A program made the position numbers and the translations under genes. The notes under the pieces are model-generated. The model was not told where the DNA came from. It saw only the letters and a list, made by a program, of their open reading frames with translations, and searched no databases. A stretch of DNA of 64,000 bases. It comes from Camelus ferus. Taxonomy: Eukaryota. Positions within the stretch are counted from its first letter, which is position 1, and each line of letters opens with the position of its first letter. Positions 1-13,673 of the stretch are shown here, in pieces. The stretch lies in NCBI RefSeq assembly GCF_009834535.1, contig NC_045697.1, forward strand, positions 42,658,001 to 42,722,000. The letters are read 5' to 3'.

Positions 1-68
1 TGGGGATTGAACCCGGGACCTTATGCATGCTAAGCACGTGCTCTATCACTTGAGCTATACCCTCCCCC
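1..68 (-). mobile_element. tRNA-Ala-derived SINE head (camelid Vic-1-like), cut by window edge
   Basis: Reverse complement reads GGGGAGGGTATAGCTCAAGTGATAGAGCACGTGCTTAGCATGCATAAGGTCCCGGGTTCAATCCCCA, with Pol III A and B boxes; the same sequence recurs elsewhere in the window. Confidence 0.85.
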
Positions 69-724
69 TTAACCTTGAAAGCATTTTTTTAACTTGGTGA
101 CAGATTTAAAACTGGAGTTTAAAATGTATTTTGGAGATTATCATTATTATTGACAATATTTATTTAGCTCTTATGCTGGTACTATAATGATCACTTTGCT
201 AAAATTATCACTGAAACCTATCAAAGTTTTTTATTCTCTATATTTTTATTCTTTATATTACAAACTAAGAAATTAAAAGTCCTGAGGGGTTAAGCTACTT
301 GCCCCAGGTAACATGGTTAAAAACTGATACAGCTAGGATTTCAGCCTTACCTGTGTTTCCAAAACCCACACCCTCAACTACTAGGCTACAGTGGATGCAT
401 ATAGATAATGTTAGGACACTTTGATTTGGATCCTGCTATGTGGTTTTCGAAATCATTTGGATTAGTGCATTCAAGGACTCATACTTTTGATGAGGTATAT
501 TTTTCCCCATATGTATTTTAAAACATTAGGGCATGTATAATGTTAATTGCAACAGTTCTAGGGGAAGCAAATGAAATACAGCCATGTAAGATCTGTATAA
601 GAGTAGTTAAAATTAGTAATACTATTTTGGTTTTCATTTCTTTGTTTTCTTTTTCTTAGTATCTTGCTGTTTATTTTGGAGAGAAAAAATATAATCTGTA
701 ACCTCTGTTTTCTTGTATTTAAAG

Positions 725-819
725 GTTTGGCCAGTTTATTTCTTCTACTTTACCAACCTTTGCAGTTTGTGAGAAATTTGTAGTTATGGAAATAAACCAT
801 GAAGAGAAGCCTGACACTG
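725..819 (+). CDS. WDFY3: WDFY3 exon (window exon 1): FGQFISSTLPTFAVCEKFVVMEINHEEKPDT
   Basis: aag|GTTTGG acceptor, CTG|gtgagt donor, 95 nt, frame continues into next exon. Confidence 0.93.
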
Positions 820-1049
820 GTGAGTCAATTCTGGAGTTTGGAACCTAATTACCATGCCCTGTTTTCTTCTGGCACAAATTAGACCTGAATTATATGTGAT
901 ACTATTATATTACTTTTCTCCTTAACATTACTTTTTTAGGTCTTTTGCAGATGCATTTGTCTTAGACCAAACTTCTACAATATGCAGAAATACAGAATTA
1001 CCTACACGTTTAATAGGGTGTGGATTTACTTTAGAAATGAAATGTTGGC

Positions 1050-1165
1050 AGGGGGAGGGGGGTGGATAGCTCAGTGGTAGAGTGCATGCCTAGCATGCAT
1101 GAGGTCCTGAGCTCAATCCCCAGTACCTCCATTTAAAAAATAAATAAATAAATATATAAATAAAT
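1050..1165 (+). mobile_element. tRNA-derived SINE (Vic-1-like) with (TAAA)n tail
   Basis: TAGCTCAGTGGTAGAGTGCATGCCTAGCATGCATGAGGTCCTGAGCTCAATCCCCAGTACCTCC followed by an A-rich tail. Confidence 0.88.
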
Positions 1166-1974
1166 TTTTTTAAAATACTATAAAAAAAATTTCCTAATTT
1201 TAGAGGATTTATAGCCAATGTTCCTTTAAATAGTAACTCTTTCAGTGTAATTTCTGAGCATTATTTGACATTTTAAAATTTATATACATCCTTGAGAAAC
1301 ACGGATTCTTGCTTAAACGAATTGTATCTATGTTACTATTATTTTCAGTTCCCTGTTAAATATTTAGTAGTCATTGAGGGAAAGAACATTTTACTAGAAT
1401 CATTTTATGTAAATGTAGAATAAAAATAATTTCTTAAGTTGTGGTTCCTAGGCCCATGACAACCACTTTTTTTTTTTTTTAAGTTTCCTTTGGAGCTTAT
1501 TTTTCCCACTGTTCTAATATATTTTTCCTGTCATGTATTCTAGAATAGGAGATTTGCTTGGAAAGCATTGAAAAGACATTTTAGATTAACCTATAATTAA
1601 ATTCACAGTATTTTATATTGGTTCAGCATAATTTACATTATTAGCCTGTTACATTACTCCAAAATCATGTCCCAGAAATGATTTCCTTTAAAACTCTAAC
1701 AACCCTACCTGTCCAGGAGTCCTCTTCTATGTTGGCTCTGTCATTCAGAGCACGGCCTCTGTGGTGCTTCATGAATAAAAAGAGAAAGTGGTGTAATTAT
1801 GTTTTTCGAAGGAGAAACTGAGAAATTCGAGAGGCTGACTCCTTGCAAATCATAGAGCAGAACATAAGGCCGGTGACCACTTAACTTTCTACTCATTTGG
1901 AACAATGTTAATACTTCTTTGGTGACACAAATTAGCAGTGGATGAGAAGCATAAAGATCAAATCAATGGATAGC

Positions 1975-2190
1975 ACTTATTTAGTGCTGAATATTTGCCA
2001 GGCACTGTTAAAGTGCTCCATATAGTCTTAAAACAACCCTACAAAATAGGTTCTGTTTCCACAATTTTACACAAGTAAGGAAACTGAAGCCCAGAAGGAT
2101 TAAGTAAGAGAAACTTACCTGAGAGCACACCACTGCAACTGAACTCAGCTGGTCCAACCCACTTTCTAAGCTTTTAACCACTACGTCATT
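1975..2190. mobile_element. MIR SINE
   Basis: CAATTTTACACAAGTAAGGAAACTGAAGCCCAGAAGGATTAAGTAA MIR core. Similar MIR cores occur at about 4600-4820, 6570-6750, 9450-9660, 15880-16250, 27960-28190, 29830-29960, 36960-37150, 39290-39460 and 58910-59120. Confidence 0.7.
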
Positions 2191-3753
2191 CTGCCATATG
2201 CAAAGATTATTCCTAAGTACCGAAGTAATATAAGCCAAGTAAATAGGAATTAGAAAGTGAAAGTACTATTAAAGTCTTTGCAAATATATAACATATTTAT
2301 TTCAAGTTCAAAAAAAGATACAGGAAAAATATTTCTCTAGTCCCCGTATATCTTACTGGCCATTGAATTCAGTAACTACAACTAGTGTTGTAAAAAACTT
2401 TTTGACGGGAGCACAATAGTAGGAAAGTATAAATTAGCAAAATTTTCTCTTGATCTGCCAAGTTGGTTAGACGAGTATTCTCATCAATTCATTGCCATTT
2501 GAAAGAATAGAGAAAATCAGAAGCACACTGCTGGTCTTGTGGGGTGTATGACATTTTATTGTCTAATTGTATGGACTGGACTGTATTCAGTATAGCATGG
2601 TGTTCCCAAAAAATTAAAACCATAGTTTTTTCTGTCAAGTAGTTCATATAGTATTCAAGCTACACCTACAACGAAGAAAAATGGTTTGAATAATGCTGAA
2701 CAGTGATATAATTAATGCAAAATAAAATAAGTAGCATGAAAGGGCAATGCAGTGTGGAGTAAAGCACCAGTTTGAGTGGGAAGAAGGTAACCTGGAAATT
2801 CCTTTCAGAGTTCGTTGTTTTAAACTATATTTGAAAATTATGGGAAGCATAACTGACAGTGAAAAGACTAGGCATCAAAACTAAGGAGAATCTTAATTTC
2901 TGTGTGGATTGTCATTTTATTGAAAGGAAATAATTCGCATGTCAATTTAGGTTGCACAGTGTGCTTTGTGAATGACCAGCCTGTGCCTGTTAGGAGGTGG
3001 GGGAGTCTTGAGTTCCCCTGGGTGAGCTTGAAGCACTGAATTAGCATTTTAAAAGGTAACATTTAAAGGTAAAAATAGTCTCTCGCCCAAACAAGTAACC
3101 GTGGTAATTAAATTTTAGCCTGAGCTTCAGTTCTAGAATAGAGAAAGAAAGCATGTGGATTGTGACTTATTAACCATAGCTTGTCAGTGGCAGAGCTGGG
3201 CCTGGAACACTGTGCCTTTGATCCCAGTCCGGGTGCCTCCAGTACCATCCGCTTTCTGTCTTTCTCTCTTTCCCAAGTTCTCTTGTGCATTTGTGTGCTT
3301 TTTCCTCCCATCTATGCTATTTAATTCTAACTTTCCTTTTATATTATTGTAATTATTGAATAGTTTATGCTTCCTCTTTTCATTTTTAAATCTGTAAAAT
3401 TTAACTATGTCCTTCGAAAAGAAAGTGGAAATTAAGGATTTGCATTGTTGTTTTGCTCCTGTGATCTCGTTTGATTGCTTTCCCATTGGCAGAGGAAGGG
3501 AATGTTAATATGAAAAAAGGATTCACAGCCTTTATTATCATTTGTTTCAGTAATATCGAAAGTAAATGGGCAAATTTCAAGATTTCAAAGAGAAGTGTTG
3601 AATGAACCCCTTTTCTCATTTACTTTAGTGGAAAGTACTCCTAGAGAAAACGTTTCCTGAAAGATATGTTTCAGTGACATTTCTCAAACAGGGTTGGATA
3701 ATTCACCCTAGTTTACATTTCAGGGCAATTTAATTTGTTTATTTTCATTGTAG

Positions 3754-3874
3754 GAACTGAAGAAGAGTTTGGAGGTCTTGTGTCTGCTAATCTTATACTT
3801 TTGAGGAACAGACTTCTAGATATCTTACTAAAACTGGTTTACACATCTAAAGAAAAGACAAGCATTAATTTGCA
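3754..3874 (+). CDS. WDFY3: WDFY3 exon 2: GTEEEFGGLVSANLILLRNRLLDILLKLVYTSKEKTSINLQ
   Basis: tag|GAACTG, GCA|gtaagt, 121 nt. Confidence 0.95.
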
Positions 3875-4096
3875 GTAAGTAAAATCTTTAGAGTTAATGC
3901 TAATAGTTGCCATTACTAGTTAATTCATAGTAGACAGAAGAAAGATTTCCACTGACTTTTAGATTTTTTTTAAACCCTGAAATTTATAGTATCTCAGGAG
4001 CAAAAGCTAGCCTTTTTTTTTCTTTTTAATTTGAGATCCTAATCCTTGAAATTAATGTTTTGTTTTGTATTGCTTAACCCATCTGTCTTTCAATAG

Positions 4097-4314
4097 AGCT
4101 TGTGAAGAGCTAGTCAAGACATTGGGTTTTGACTGGATTATGATGTTTATGGAAGAACACTTGCATTCCACCACAGTTACAGCAGCCATGAGGATTCTTG
4201 TCGTCCTGCTGAGTAATCAGTCTATTCTCATCAAGTTTAAAGAAGGACTCAGTGGTGGAGGGTGGCTGGAACAGACAGATTCTGTCTTAACCAATAAGAT
4301 CGGAACTGTATTAG
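4097..4314 (+). CDS. WDFY3: WDFY3 exon 3: ACEELVKTLGFDW...NKIGTVL
   Basis: tag|AGCTTG, TAG|gtatgg, 218 nt; within ORF 4065-4346. Confidence 0.96.
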
Positions 4315-7300
4315 GTATGGATTCTATAGTGTTGTTTTGTTTTTAAATCTTATGTAAGCTTATAGTCTCCAGTTTATCTTATAACCATTAAGAGTCATGA
4401 ATTTTAACTAATGATAGAATAACAAGCATTAAAAATTTTAAATTTGGCTTTTTAAATTGCAAATCAAACTGAAGTCAGAGACAAGATATTAAAATGTAAA
4501 AACTCAAGTAAATTTTTTGTGATTTCTTTTTGATGTATAGTTCCCTTTCTGATCTGTGAGTAAATATAAATTATCAGAATTGAATTAATAATAATAATCA
4601 ATATTTTGAGTGTTTATTCTGTGCCAGTTACAAGCACTTTTCATTTTCACAATAATTTATTTTCACAATAACTCTATGAGGTATAAATACTGTCATATCC
4701 ATTTTACAGATAAGAAAGTGAAGGCATATGGGTCCTGTCACTTGTCAGCTGGGAAGTGTCAAAATTTGAATCTAGTCACTCATCCAAAGCCCATGCTTTT
4801 AACAGTTATGTTATATTGCCACTTAAGTATTTTAAGTTTATCAAAGTTTCAGCCAAAGTTCCTTATTCTCTGCTCACTAGCTCTACGCTGTTCTCAACAT
4901 AACTGAGCATTTAAGTAATACTAGAAAATTACAGTTTCCTATGTTAGATTCATTTGGACTGGAACATTTTTGTTCAAATTAATGATCTTATTTTGGAAAA
5001 TATGTATTTAAGATAATTTTTTGATTACAGTCATTCAATTCTTAAAATATTTAAAAAGTATATTTGTCTTTGTAACATTATATTTTAAAAATCATATATA
5101 ATTGTATTTTACAATAAGCATTAAGAATAACTATTTACCCTGGTTAGATGGGAAAATTAGGGATAAGAATTTAATATGTAATTTGTTTTAAAAGAAAAAA
5201 AAGTGAAAGTATCAATACCTGGGTCAACCTGTGCTACTCAATCAAATATTAGAGCAAATGGTAGGAAGATAGAGCTTACATCATAGGATTATTTTATTGT
5301 TATTTCATATGTGAAAAATGTCTGAAGAGGCTGTATGTGAAATGATTTCTCTCAAGGAAATTGTCTACTTTAAAATATGCATTTTAAATCATCATTAAAG
5401 ATACTTTCATGATCTAGAAAATAGATCACTATTTTGCTTTGATTCTGTGGGAAAGATATAGCCTTACAAATGTTATTATTATGAAGAGTTTGGTAGCAAG
5501 AAATTTAGCTTATTGACCTTAATAATAGCTATTAAGAGAATAGACGATGAAAGGCACAATTCAGTGTGAGTTCTGTATGATGTGAATTTTAAATGCTAGG
5601 TGACAGCACTGCTGCTTCTTGAAGGCCACAGTAATACCTGTTTCACCTAACTAGCACATTGTGGTTTGCAGAATTCTTTAACAAATGTCATCTCATTTGC
5701 CTTCAGGATTCCAGACACAGGTATATATTTTCTGGTATAAAAGTTATATTTTAAAGGAAATAAATCTAATAAATATAAATTTAAGGATTAATTTCTCTAA
5801 TTAGAAAAGTAAGACTGTTAAATGCGTAAGGTTCCTGCATCAAATAGGAATATGTCTGAGTATCTGTCTTCTGACTGACAGTCCTGTCCTTTAATCACTT
5901 CAGTAATATCGGAAAAGGTGCTTTTAACATCTGACGCACCTGGCTTCATGTCTCAGAATTTATCTGTCCTTCATTGGTACCTGCTTGTCAATTGCGTGTA
6001 CTGCTCTGGTTCTAAGAGAGAAATCTAAGTATTTGAGTTTAACTTAGATTGGATTCAATTTAATGTAATTTCCCTGAATATCTATCTGATATGTATAGAC
6101 ATAGGTATTTATACAGATACATGTCTACAGCTATATGTCATCTCATTTGATTCTATTTCTCTTTGATCTGATGAACAACCTAATGTTTTTTAATGTTTTT
6201 GTCACATTTATTAGTTTTTGTCAAATTTTTCTTTATAAAAATACCTTCCATATAGCTGTAACTTGAATCTAAATCAGTGCTTAATTGCTAATAGCATACT
6301 AGATATTCCGTAAGATTATTTATGAGGGAAGACAGCGTATGAGAATTTGGGAAGGAATGAATGCTAGCATTGGTTTTTATTTAGGACCTACAGTTTAATC
6401 AGAATTTGTTTTCTTATTTAATGTATAAAATACCACTGGTTCTTTGATTTCTTAAGGCTCACACTTTTTTATATTCATGATTTCATTTAGAATTTACTAC
6501 AAAAAATCACCCAGTGTCCTAATGGAGCCAGTTTCTTAGAAATGTGATAGTGTCATTAAGAAGGCCAAGGGAGGCAGTATAACGTTATGGGCTCTGAAAT
6601 AGAGATAAAAGTCCTAGTGCCACCACTCATTAACTTTATGACTTTGAACAAATCACATATTTTCCATGTTATGAAAAGGATAATACCAGTTTCTAACTCA
6701 CGTGTTCATTGTGTTTAAGAAATGAAATGATACATGAAAGAGGTTGGTAACCGTACAATTCGTTGTTAATTAGACGAACATACTTCAGAAGATGAATTTG
6801 TGTCACACTGAGCAGTTGGTTAGGATGAACTATTTAAAAAGTCACCTAGATACAAATTTCTCTATAATTATTTTAAGTAGTAGCAAGTATATACTTGTTA
6901 CTTCATCTTGGAAAAAAGAAATTGGAAAAAACTGTGACTATTCATTTGAAATAAATTGCTTCAGAGTAAAATCAATCATTCATCTCTTGGTTGCTCTTCA
7001 CAAAAGTTTTCCGTTGAGACTCTGGGCAACATTCATTCTGTGCTGAACACTGTACTAGGTTTGGGGTGGCAAAAGAACTGAATGAGTTGTATCCCGAAAT
7101 TAGTTATGTAACAGGGGAAACAGGACTGCTAGAACATCTGTGCCACAAGCCACATCAGTAAGCAGTGATCATCTTCTGGTAGAGCTGTGGTTCTGGGACA
7201 GACCTTGGGTGTCCACATGTACCCACAGTCCCAGTGGGCTCGGATTTGCTGTCCCACTGCCACATGACTCTCCAACAGAATTGCAGATCATGCTGAGAGA

Positions 7301-7729
7301 AAAGATTTTTTTTTATTCATGGTCTTGTCTCTAAAGTCGTAGGTCATTTAACGTCAATTAGTTTATCACGATTTTCAGGACAAAGGAAGTGTATTAACTA
7401 TGTTACGGCAATCATATTTTTTAAGGTACATTTTTGTAGCATCCCAAATTCTGGCTGTGTTTTGAGTTTTACATCCTTCTTAGGGAAATGTTAGAGCTCT
7501 TTTGAGGTCATTCTTTTAATGAGTAGAGTTTATATTACCTCTTGTAGCTGACTGCCCCAACTAAGTAAAACTTTTGACTGAAAGATTAATTCAGCAGTTT
7601 GAGTAGTTAATTGCCTGTATTGAAGTGAATGTTCTGGAAATATCACGTACACTGAATGACTCCTTTCTGTGTTAATGTTGTCTGGTGATCGATTACTAAC
7701 TGTGTCCTTATTGTTGTGTTTCCTCTTAG

Positions 7730-7965
7730 GATTCAACGTGGGCAGGAGTGCTGGTGGGAGATCGACGGTCAGGGAGATTAACCGGGATGCTTGTCATTTT
7801 CCTGGCTTTCCGGTTCTTCAGTCATTCCTTCCTAAACACACTAATGTCCCTGCCCTCTATTTTCTCCTCATGGCATTGTTTCTTCAGCAGCCAGTTAGTG
7901 AGCTGCCTGAGAACCTGCAGGTCAGTGTGCCTGTCATCAGCAGCCGATGTAAGCAGGGTTGCCAG
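7730..7965 (+). CDS. WDFY3: WDFY3 exon 4: GFNVGRSAGG...PENLQVSVPVISSRCKQGCQ (possible shorter form ending at 7920)
   Basis: tag|GATTCA, CAG|gtagga, 236 nt; internal in-frame donor CAG|gtcagt at 7920/7921. Confidence 0.93.
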
Positions 7966-9167
7966 GTAGGAATTATCTAGTAGGGTGTAAGTGTCATTAC
8001 ATTTGCCAAAAAGTCACCATAGGGTAATGGGTTCTTCACAGTGAAACCAGCTGGTACCATCCCTTTCTCACATTTGGAACTTGATGTGGGACAGGAAAAT
8101 CTGAAAACACCATAGAAAAATTTTCTAAAAAGAAGTCCTTTGTCCCGATGTGGTCTTTCTCTCTTTTATAGTTACTCTATGTGATTATGTACGTGTGAAG
8201 ACTTTGGATGATATTTTAACAGTGATCTAAGGAATTCTTTCAAGTAGTGTGATTTTATAGGAATATAATTTAATTTCTGTGGAATTAAAAATGAAGGAAG
8301 TAGTGTGCATACCATAAATTAATTGGGTGGGTATGGAAGGATTCTTGGTGGATGTTCTGACTAGAAAAATGTTTTTAAGTTCTTAATGATAGACAGTGTC
8401 CACGTTAGGAAAACAGTAAAGTTTAACTGATTTCTAATCTAAGGCAGTTGTGGGTATCTATATTTAGCTTATGTTTATGACACTGCAAAGACGTAGAAAT
8501 TCAGTTTTAAACTCAATTATACTTCCTTAAAAATGCTAAAATACTATTCACATCAACTCTAGTAATTGACAAAACCTTTTAAATAAAAATACTGAATCTG
8601 TACACTTACATTAAATCAAGATACGGATTCATGCTTAGCAGAGTTTAGTTGGTTATGTAATTTTCAAAATAAGTGTGACACCATAGTCATAAAGTGTTAT
8701 ATAAAACTGCTATGAATAAATCTCCTCAAAATGATTTTTACTTTGTCAAATCTTAATCTGTATGTAGTCTAAAAGTGAATTAGAACATTGCTGAGAGCGG
8801 GGAAAAAAAGTAAGTTCAACATACTTTTTGAAAAGAGCCTGCTTAAAATCATCAGTTCTTTAACTTCACCTGGCTAATTAGTAGGTATTTTATTTTTGGT
8901 TGCTTTCTTTAGAGAAAAAAGTAGAAAATGATGTTTTTAACATAGATACCTAAGATAGGATGATACACAATATTTGCTTTTTCTTACAAATGTAAAAATG
9001 AGTTTTAAAAGACAGATAGGAGAGAGGAGTGCTAGGTCTCTTGCGCTTGGCTCACTTTGGAAAAAACTAGTTCATTTCAAAGAAATTTTAGACTGTTAGA
9101 ATTTATGATGGTCTCTACTGAAAAAAAATGGACAGTGGCTAATCTTTATTCACTTTCACCTCTGCAG

Positions 9168-9302
9168 TTTGATTTAGATTCCATTTGGACATTTATCTTT
9201 GGAGTTCCTGCCTCCAGTGGAACTGTGGTCTCTTCTATCCATAATGTGTGTACAGAAGCTGCTTTTTTACTGCTGGGAATGCTCCGCAGCATGCTGAATT
9301 CA
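9168..9302 (+). CDS. WDFY3: WDFY3 exon 5: FDLDSIWTFIFGVP...RSMLNS
   Basis: cag|TTTGAT, TCA|gtgagt, 135 nt. Confidence 0.95.
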
Positions 9303-10236
9303 GTGAGTTTCCTGAGATACTGGTACCCAGTGGGACTTTTTTTTTTTTAATAGGAAAGTCCTTTGGTAACGTAACTATTTACTACATGGTCCCTGAAACG
9401 TCAGCCTCTCTGTTTTGTTCCCTTTAATGTAAGGATGGACTGTGCCATTGTTAAGACCCTGGACTCAGGAGCTGGTTCAGATCCTAACTCTGGTACTTCA
9501 TATATACTAAACTCCATGTGCCTCAGTTTCCTCCATATAAAATGCTGATGATAATAGAATTTATCTCTTAGGACTGTTGCGAGGATTTAGGAGTTAGTAT
9601 ATACACAAAGCACTTATAACAAAAGTGCCTGGTATACTGTAAGTGCTTCCTAAGTGTTAACTGATACCATTAGTGCTATAAACTATATATTTCAGTGTAT
9701 ACATGTGTATAATGAATACGTATTGTAGTGTATGTCATTTGATAATAATGTTATTTGAACTTTTAAAATCACTTTCACTTAGAGATTTAAAAAGTTACCA
9801 GTGCAGCTTTTATTTTGTATTTGTTTATGTGTTTTCTGTTCTAATTGTTTCTCACTTAGATTTGAAGAATTGAAAGAGTAATGGCAAAATGTATGTTCCT
9901 GTCTATTTTACAAAACTACTCTGAATTATAACTTTATTTGTTTACACAACTTAGGATCACATTGTAAGAGGGATTATTAACTCAGCCCTTAGGATTACAA
10001 GTATCTGACAATTCTGATTTTAGTCGAAACTATTCTTACGCCATCTAAGAAAAGAACATTGCTATTAAATGTATTAATTTAGAATGCTTTGGGATTCTGG
10101 TTTTGGTTTTTATTCATAAACAATTCTAAAAATCTAAGTTAAAAAAAACCACTCTTTGGGCAAGTATCAGGAGATAAGCATTGTTTAAATATATTCTTTT
10201 TTGTTACTTTTTTATCGTCATCATCATCATCATTGT

Positions 10237-11070
10237 TGTAATGCTTTTAAAGGAAAAATAACTCCTGTGTGTCTCCTTTACTCAGTATTCTACTACAGCA
10301 CTACTTTACTTCTGATTCTTCTGGTCACCAAGTATGTGGGAGGCTTTGCCACACCAGCTAGGTGTTCCACAATTCAGTTCATTTCTGACACTGTCTACCT
10401 GGACATAGCATCAGGTCCCAAGGGTTAAGAGCTCAGTCCAGAAGAGTGCCCCCTGCCCCCCACTGACAAGTCCAGGGTAGGTTGTTACCTGTGCTTCTGA
10501 CTCACCAGTTATAATTCGGGGGCTCCCGTGACTCAGGCAAACATTCTACATACTAGTTTATTATAAAAGGATGTAAGTCCTGAGCAGCCAGATGGAGGAG
10601 ATGCCTAGGGCAGTGTGGAAGGGACACGGAGCTTCCGTGCTCTCTCTGTCCTGCCACTCTCTCAGTGCTTCCAGGTATTCACCAATCCAGAAGCTCTCTG
10701 AACCCTTGCTTTTGATTTTTATGACGGCTTCATTATATGGACATATTTGATTAAATCGTTGGTTGTTGGTGATCGAACTCAACCTCCAGCCCTTCCTTTC
10801 TCCCTGGAGGTTGTGGGGGAGCAGGTTAGGTCGAATTCCAACCTTCTAGTAACATGCTCAGTTCCCCTGGCCAGCCTCCATCCTTAGACACCTTTCAGAA
10901 GTCGCCTGATCAACATAAACTCAAGTGTGGTTGAAAGGAGCTTGTTACGATTAACATAAAGACACATTTACAACTCATCACTTAGGAAACGCCAAAGGTT
11001 TCAGAATCTCTGTGCCTAGAGTGGGACAAAGACTAAATATATATTTCTTACTATAAATCACAGTATCACA
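10237..11070. mobile_element. Solo LTR, MER21-like
   Basis: TG...CA termini, imperfect 5-bp flanks ATTGT/ATTGC, terminal TATAAATCACAGTATCACA resembling the MER21 consensus (from memory). Confidence 0.7.
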
Positions 11071-11462
11071 ATTGCATAATGGTTAAGAGCATTATTCTTA
11101 CCATTCTGTATATGACGATGTGAGGCTCAGAAAGGTGAAGCAACTTCCCTATTTTTGTCTTACTCCTAACTCTCCAGCACAATGGAGTATGGGGCAGCCC
11201 TGACAGTAATACAGCCACATACAGCCATACTCATGCTGATAACGGTGAATAATCAAAACCACTGACTCCAGTTACTGAGCTGTGAGTACTCCTGTCAGTC
11301 ACTAGGGGAACTGACTTTGTTTTAGCTTTTTTCTCAATTTATTGGCCTGTGTGTGGTTTATAAGAGAGTTCTGGACCATCAGTATATCCAGTTTCAGAAG
11401 AGTAGTAACTTTCAGCAGTGTCAGTCTCTAACGTGTTATTTCCTCTCTTGTCCCCGTGACAG

Positions 11463-11642
11463 CCTTGGCAGTCAGAAGAAGAGGGATCTTGGCTCCGAGA
11501 ATATCCTGTGACCTTGATGCAATTCTTCAGATACTTGTATCACAACGTCCCAGACCTGGCCTCCATGTGGATGAGCCCTGACTTCCTGTGCGCACTGGCA
11601 GCCACAGTCTTCCCCTTCAACATTCGCCCATACTCAGAGATG
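11463..11642 (+). CDS. WDFY3: WDFY3 exon 6: PWQSEEEGSWLREYP...RPYSEM
   Basis: cag|CCTTGG, ATG|gtagga, 180 nt; not in the ORF track but open in frame. Confidence 0.95.
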
Positions 11643-12992
11643 GTAGGAAGGGGGCGGAGATCAGACCTGGGATGAATCTTCTCCAATGGTTAACACACTG
11701 TTTTTTGGCCAGTCTTTTAAGCTTCTGACCAAGTTACAGTTTCATAACTTTCAGCTTCGCCTCTTGCATCATTATCTGGTGTCTGCCTTCTGTGTTCCCC
11801 TAAAATAGCAGTGAACTCCATTTCCTGTTTTCATTTACTGCTAGTGACTTCCTGTTCCAAGTAGTTGTTGATCCTTTTCTTGTTACATGTGATGATAGCT
11901 ATGTGGATGTGAAGTTAGGTTACAGAACTCTAGTCAGACCAAATTTATTTCCACTTCATTCATCTCAGGAATTAAGCATCTCCTGGATTTAGTCCTTAAA
12001 AATTAATTCCAGGATTGCATGTCTTTATAAAAAATGAAATGTGTGCCTGTCCCTTTTGTTCAGCTTTCTGTATTTGTTCAATTGTTATTTTTCATATTTT
12101 GCACTAACTGAATAGAAAGTTATTAGAGTATAATCATATATAGTATACTTCTTTTGTCCTTTAAAACAAATGCAAAAGACAGTTTTTCCTCCATAGTACT
12201 TCAGAATTTAATGATGCTTCCACTCTACCATTTATTCTAGAGCCTAGAATAAAGTCCCTTCTTTACGCTAATTTTTCTTCATGTATAAAGGTGAAATACT
12301 TTTTCTAAAATTGTGGGGACTTTTAGGAGAAAGACAAGAATAGCACATGACCTTAACACTGCAGCTTGGTTATAATTTTAAAATCCACAATTTTGGTGAA
12401 AACAGACTTTTAGTAATATCTTGATATTTTTTCCTTGTCAGCATCTTGTAACCTACCTTCTCGTCCTTTCTTTTTCTCTTCGCTCAAAATTAGCACTAGC
12501 TTTGTTGTTGTTTATTTATTTATTTGGGTTTTTTTCAACCTGCAAAAATGTATCAGCCCTTGGATATAACCATTATGCCTGATCTTTACCTGAAGTTCTA
12601 TGGTGCTTGACTTCTCAGTAGGTATGTTTCAAATATGCAAATTTAGTCATTCTCATTTTATCACTTCATTTATTTCAAGTGCAGTTATCCACAGCAGAGA
12701 TAAAATTCAACACAAAGCAGTTATATGATTAGTGGCCAGTCAGTAGCTTAATATTAGGAAGAGTAAGCACAACATGTTGAGTAATCATGATGCGCGGCGC
12801 CCAATTACCACCCTGCAAGGAGGGCTCAGGTAAAGCGAAGTAAAGTGCCTGTTGTGTTGAATAGCTTAGCAGGAGGTAAATATTGAAGGAAGGTACTGTT
12901 GCTGCTACAATTTGGTTTTTAGGAAACATGGAGGTAAAAATATCAAGTAAAATCGAATAGGACTAGCATATATTTCCACTTGACTTTATTAG

Positions 12993-13226
12993 GTGACTGA
13001 TCTCGATGATGAAGTTGGATCTCCAGCCGAAGAATTCAAAGCTTTTGCAGCAGACACAGGGATGAACAGAAGCCAGTCAGAGTACTGCAATGTGGGCGTC
13101 AAGACGTACCTGACCAATCACCCGGCTAAAAAGTTCGTTTTTGACTTCATGCGGGTCTTAATCATAGACAACCTCTGCCTTACCCCTGCCAGCAAGCAGA
13201 CTCCACTGATTGACCTTCTCTTGGAG
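12993..13226 (+). CDS. WDFY3: WDFY3 exon 7: VTDLDDEVGSP...IDLLLE
   Basis: tag|GTGACT, GAG|gtaatg, 234 nt. Confidence 0.96.
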
Positions 13227-13471
13227 GTAATGACAAAGAAATGCAGTTACATCTCTTTTGCATGGTTTTTATAATGAGACTATTAATGACCAAGCAGGTT
13301 TTATGTCAGGTATCTTTCAGATTTCTAATTCTTTTGGGTTGTAAAGGCAGAACATATATATTATGGGCTGTGGGAATTTTTTTATCCCAAATACCCTATT
13401 GATTCGTTTCTCTTCTTTCTACTCCCCTTGGCATATCCTTAATGCAGTCCTTTATTACCCTTTCCCTAGAC

Positions 13472-13673
13472 CAGGAATTGACAAAGTCTTCTGTGAAAGG
13501 TCGGATAGTAAACATGTTAAACTTCGTGGCCATACAGTCCCTCACAGCTACCCCACTCTGCCCTTGTAGCTAGCAAGTGGCCACAGAGACTACATAAACG
13601 AGTGAGTGTGGCCGAGTTCTGATAAAACAGGTGTAGGCTGGATTTGGCCCACAGGCCATAGTGTGCCAACTCC
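13472..13673. mobile_element. MER58-like hAT-Charlie DNA transposon fossil
   Basis: About 200 bp ending GGCTGGATTTGGCCCACAGGCCATAGTGTGCCAACTCC, similar to the recalled MER58A consensus. Confidence 0.7.
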
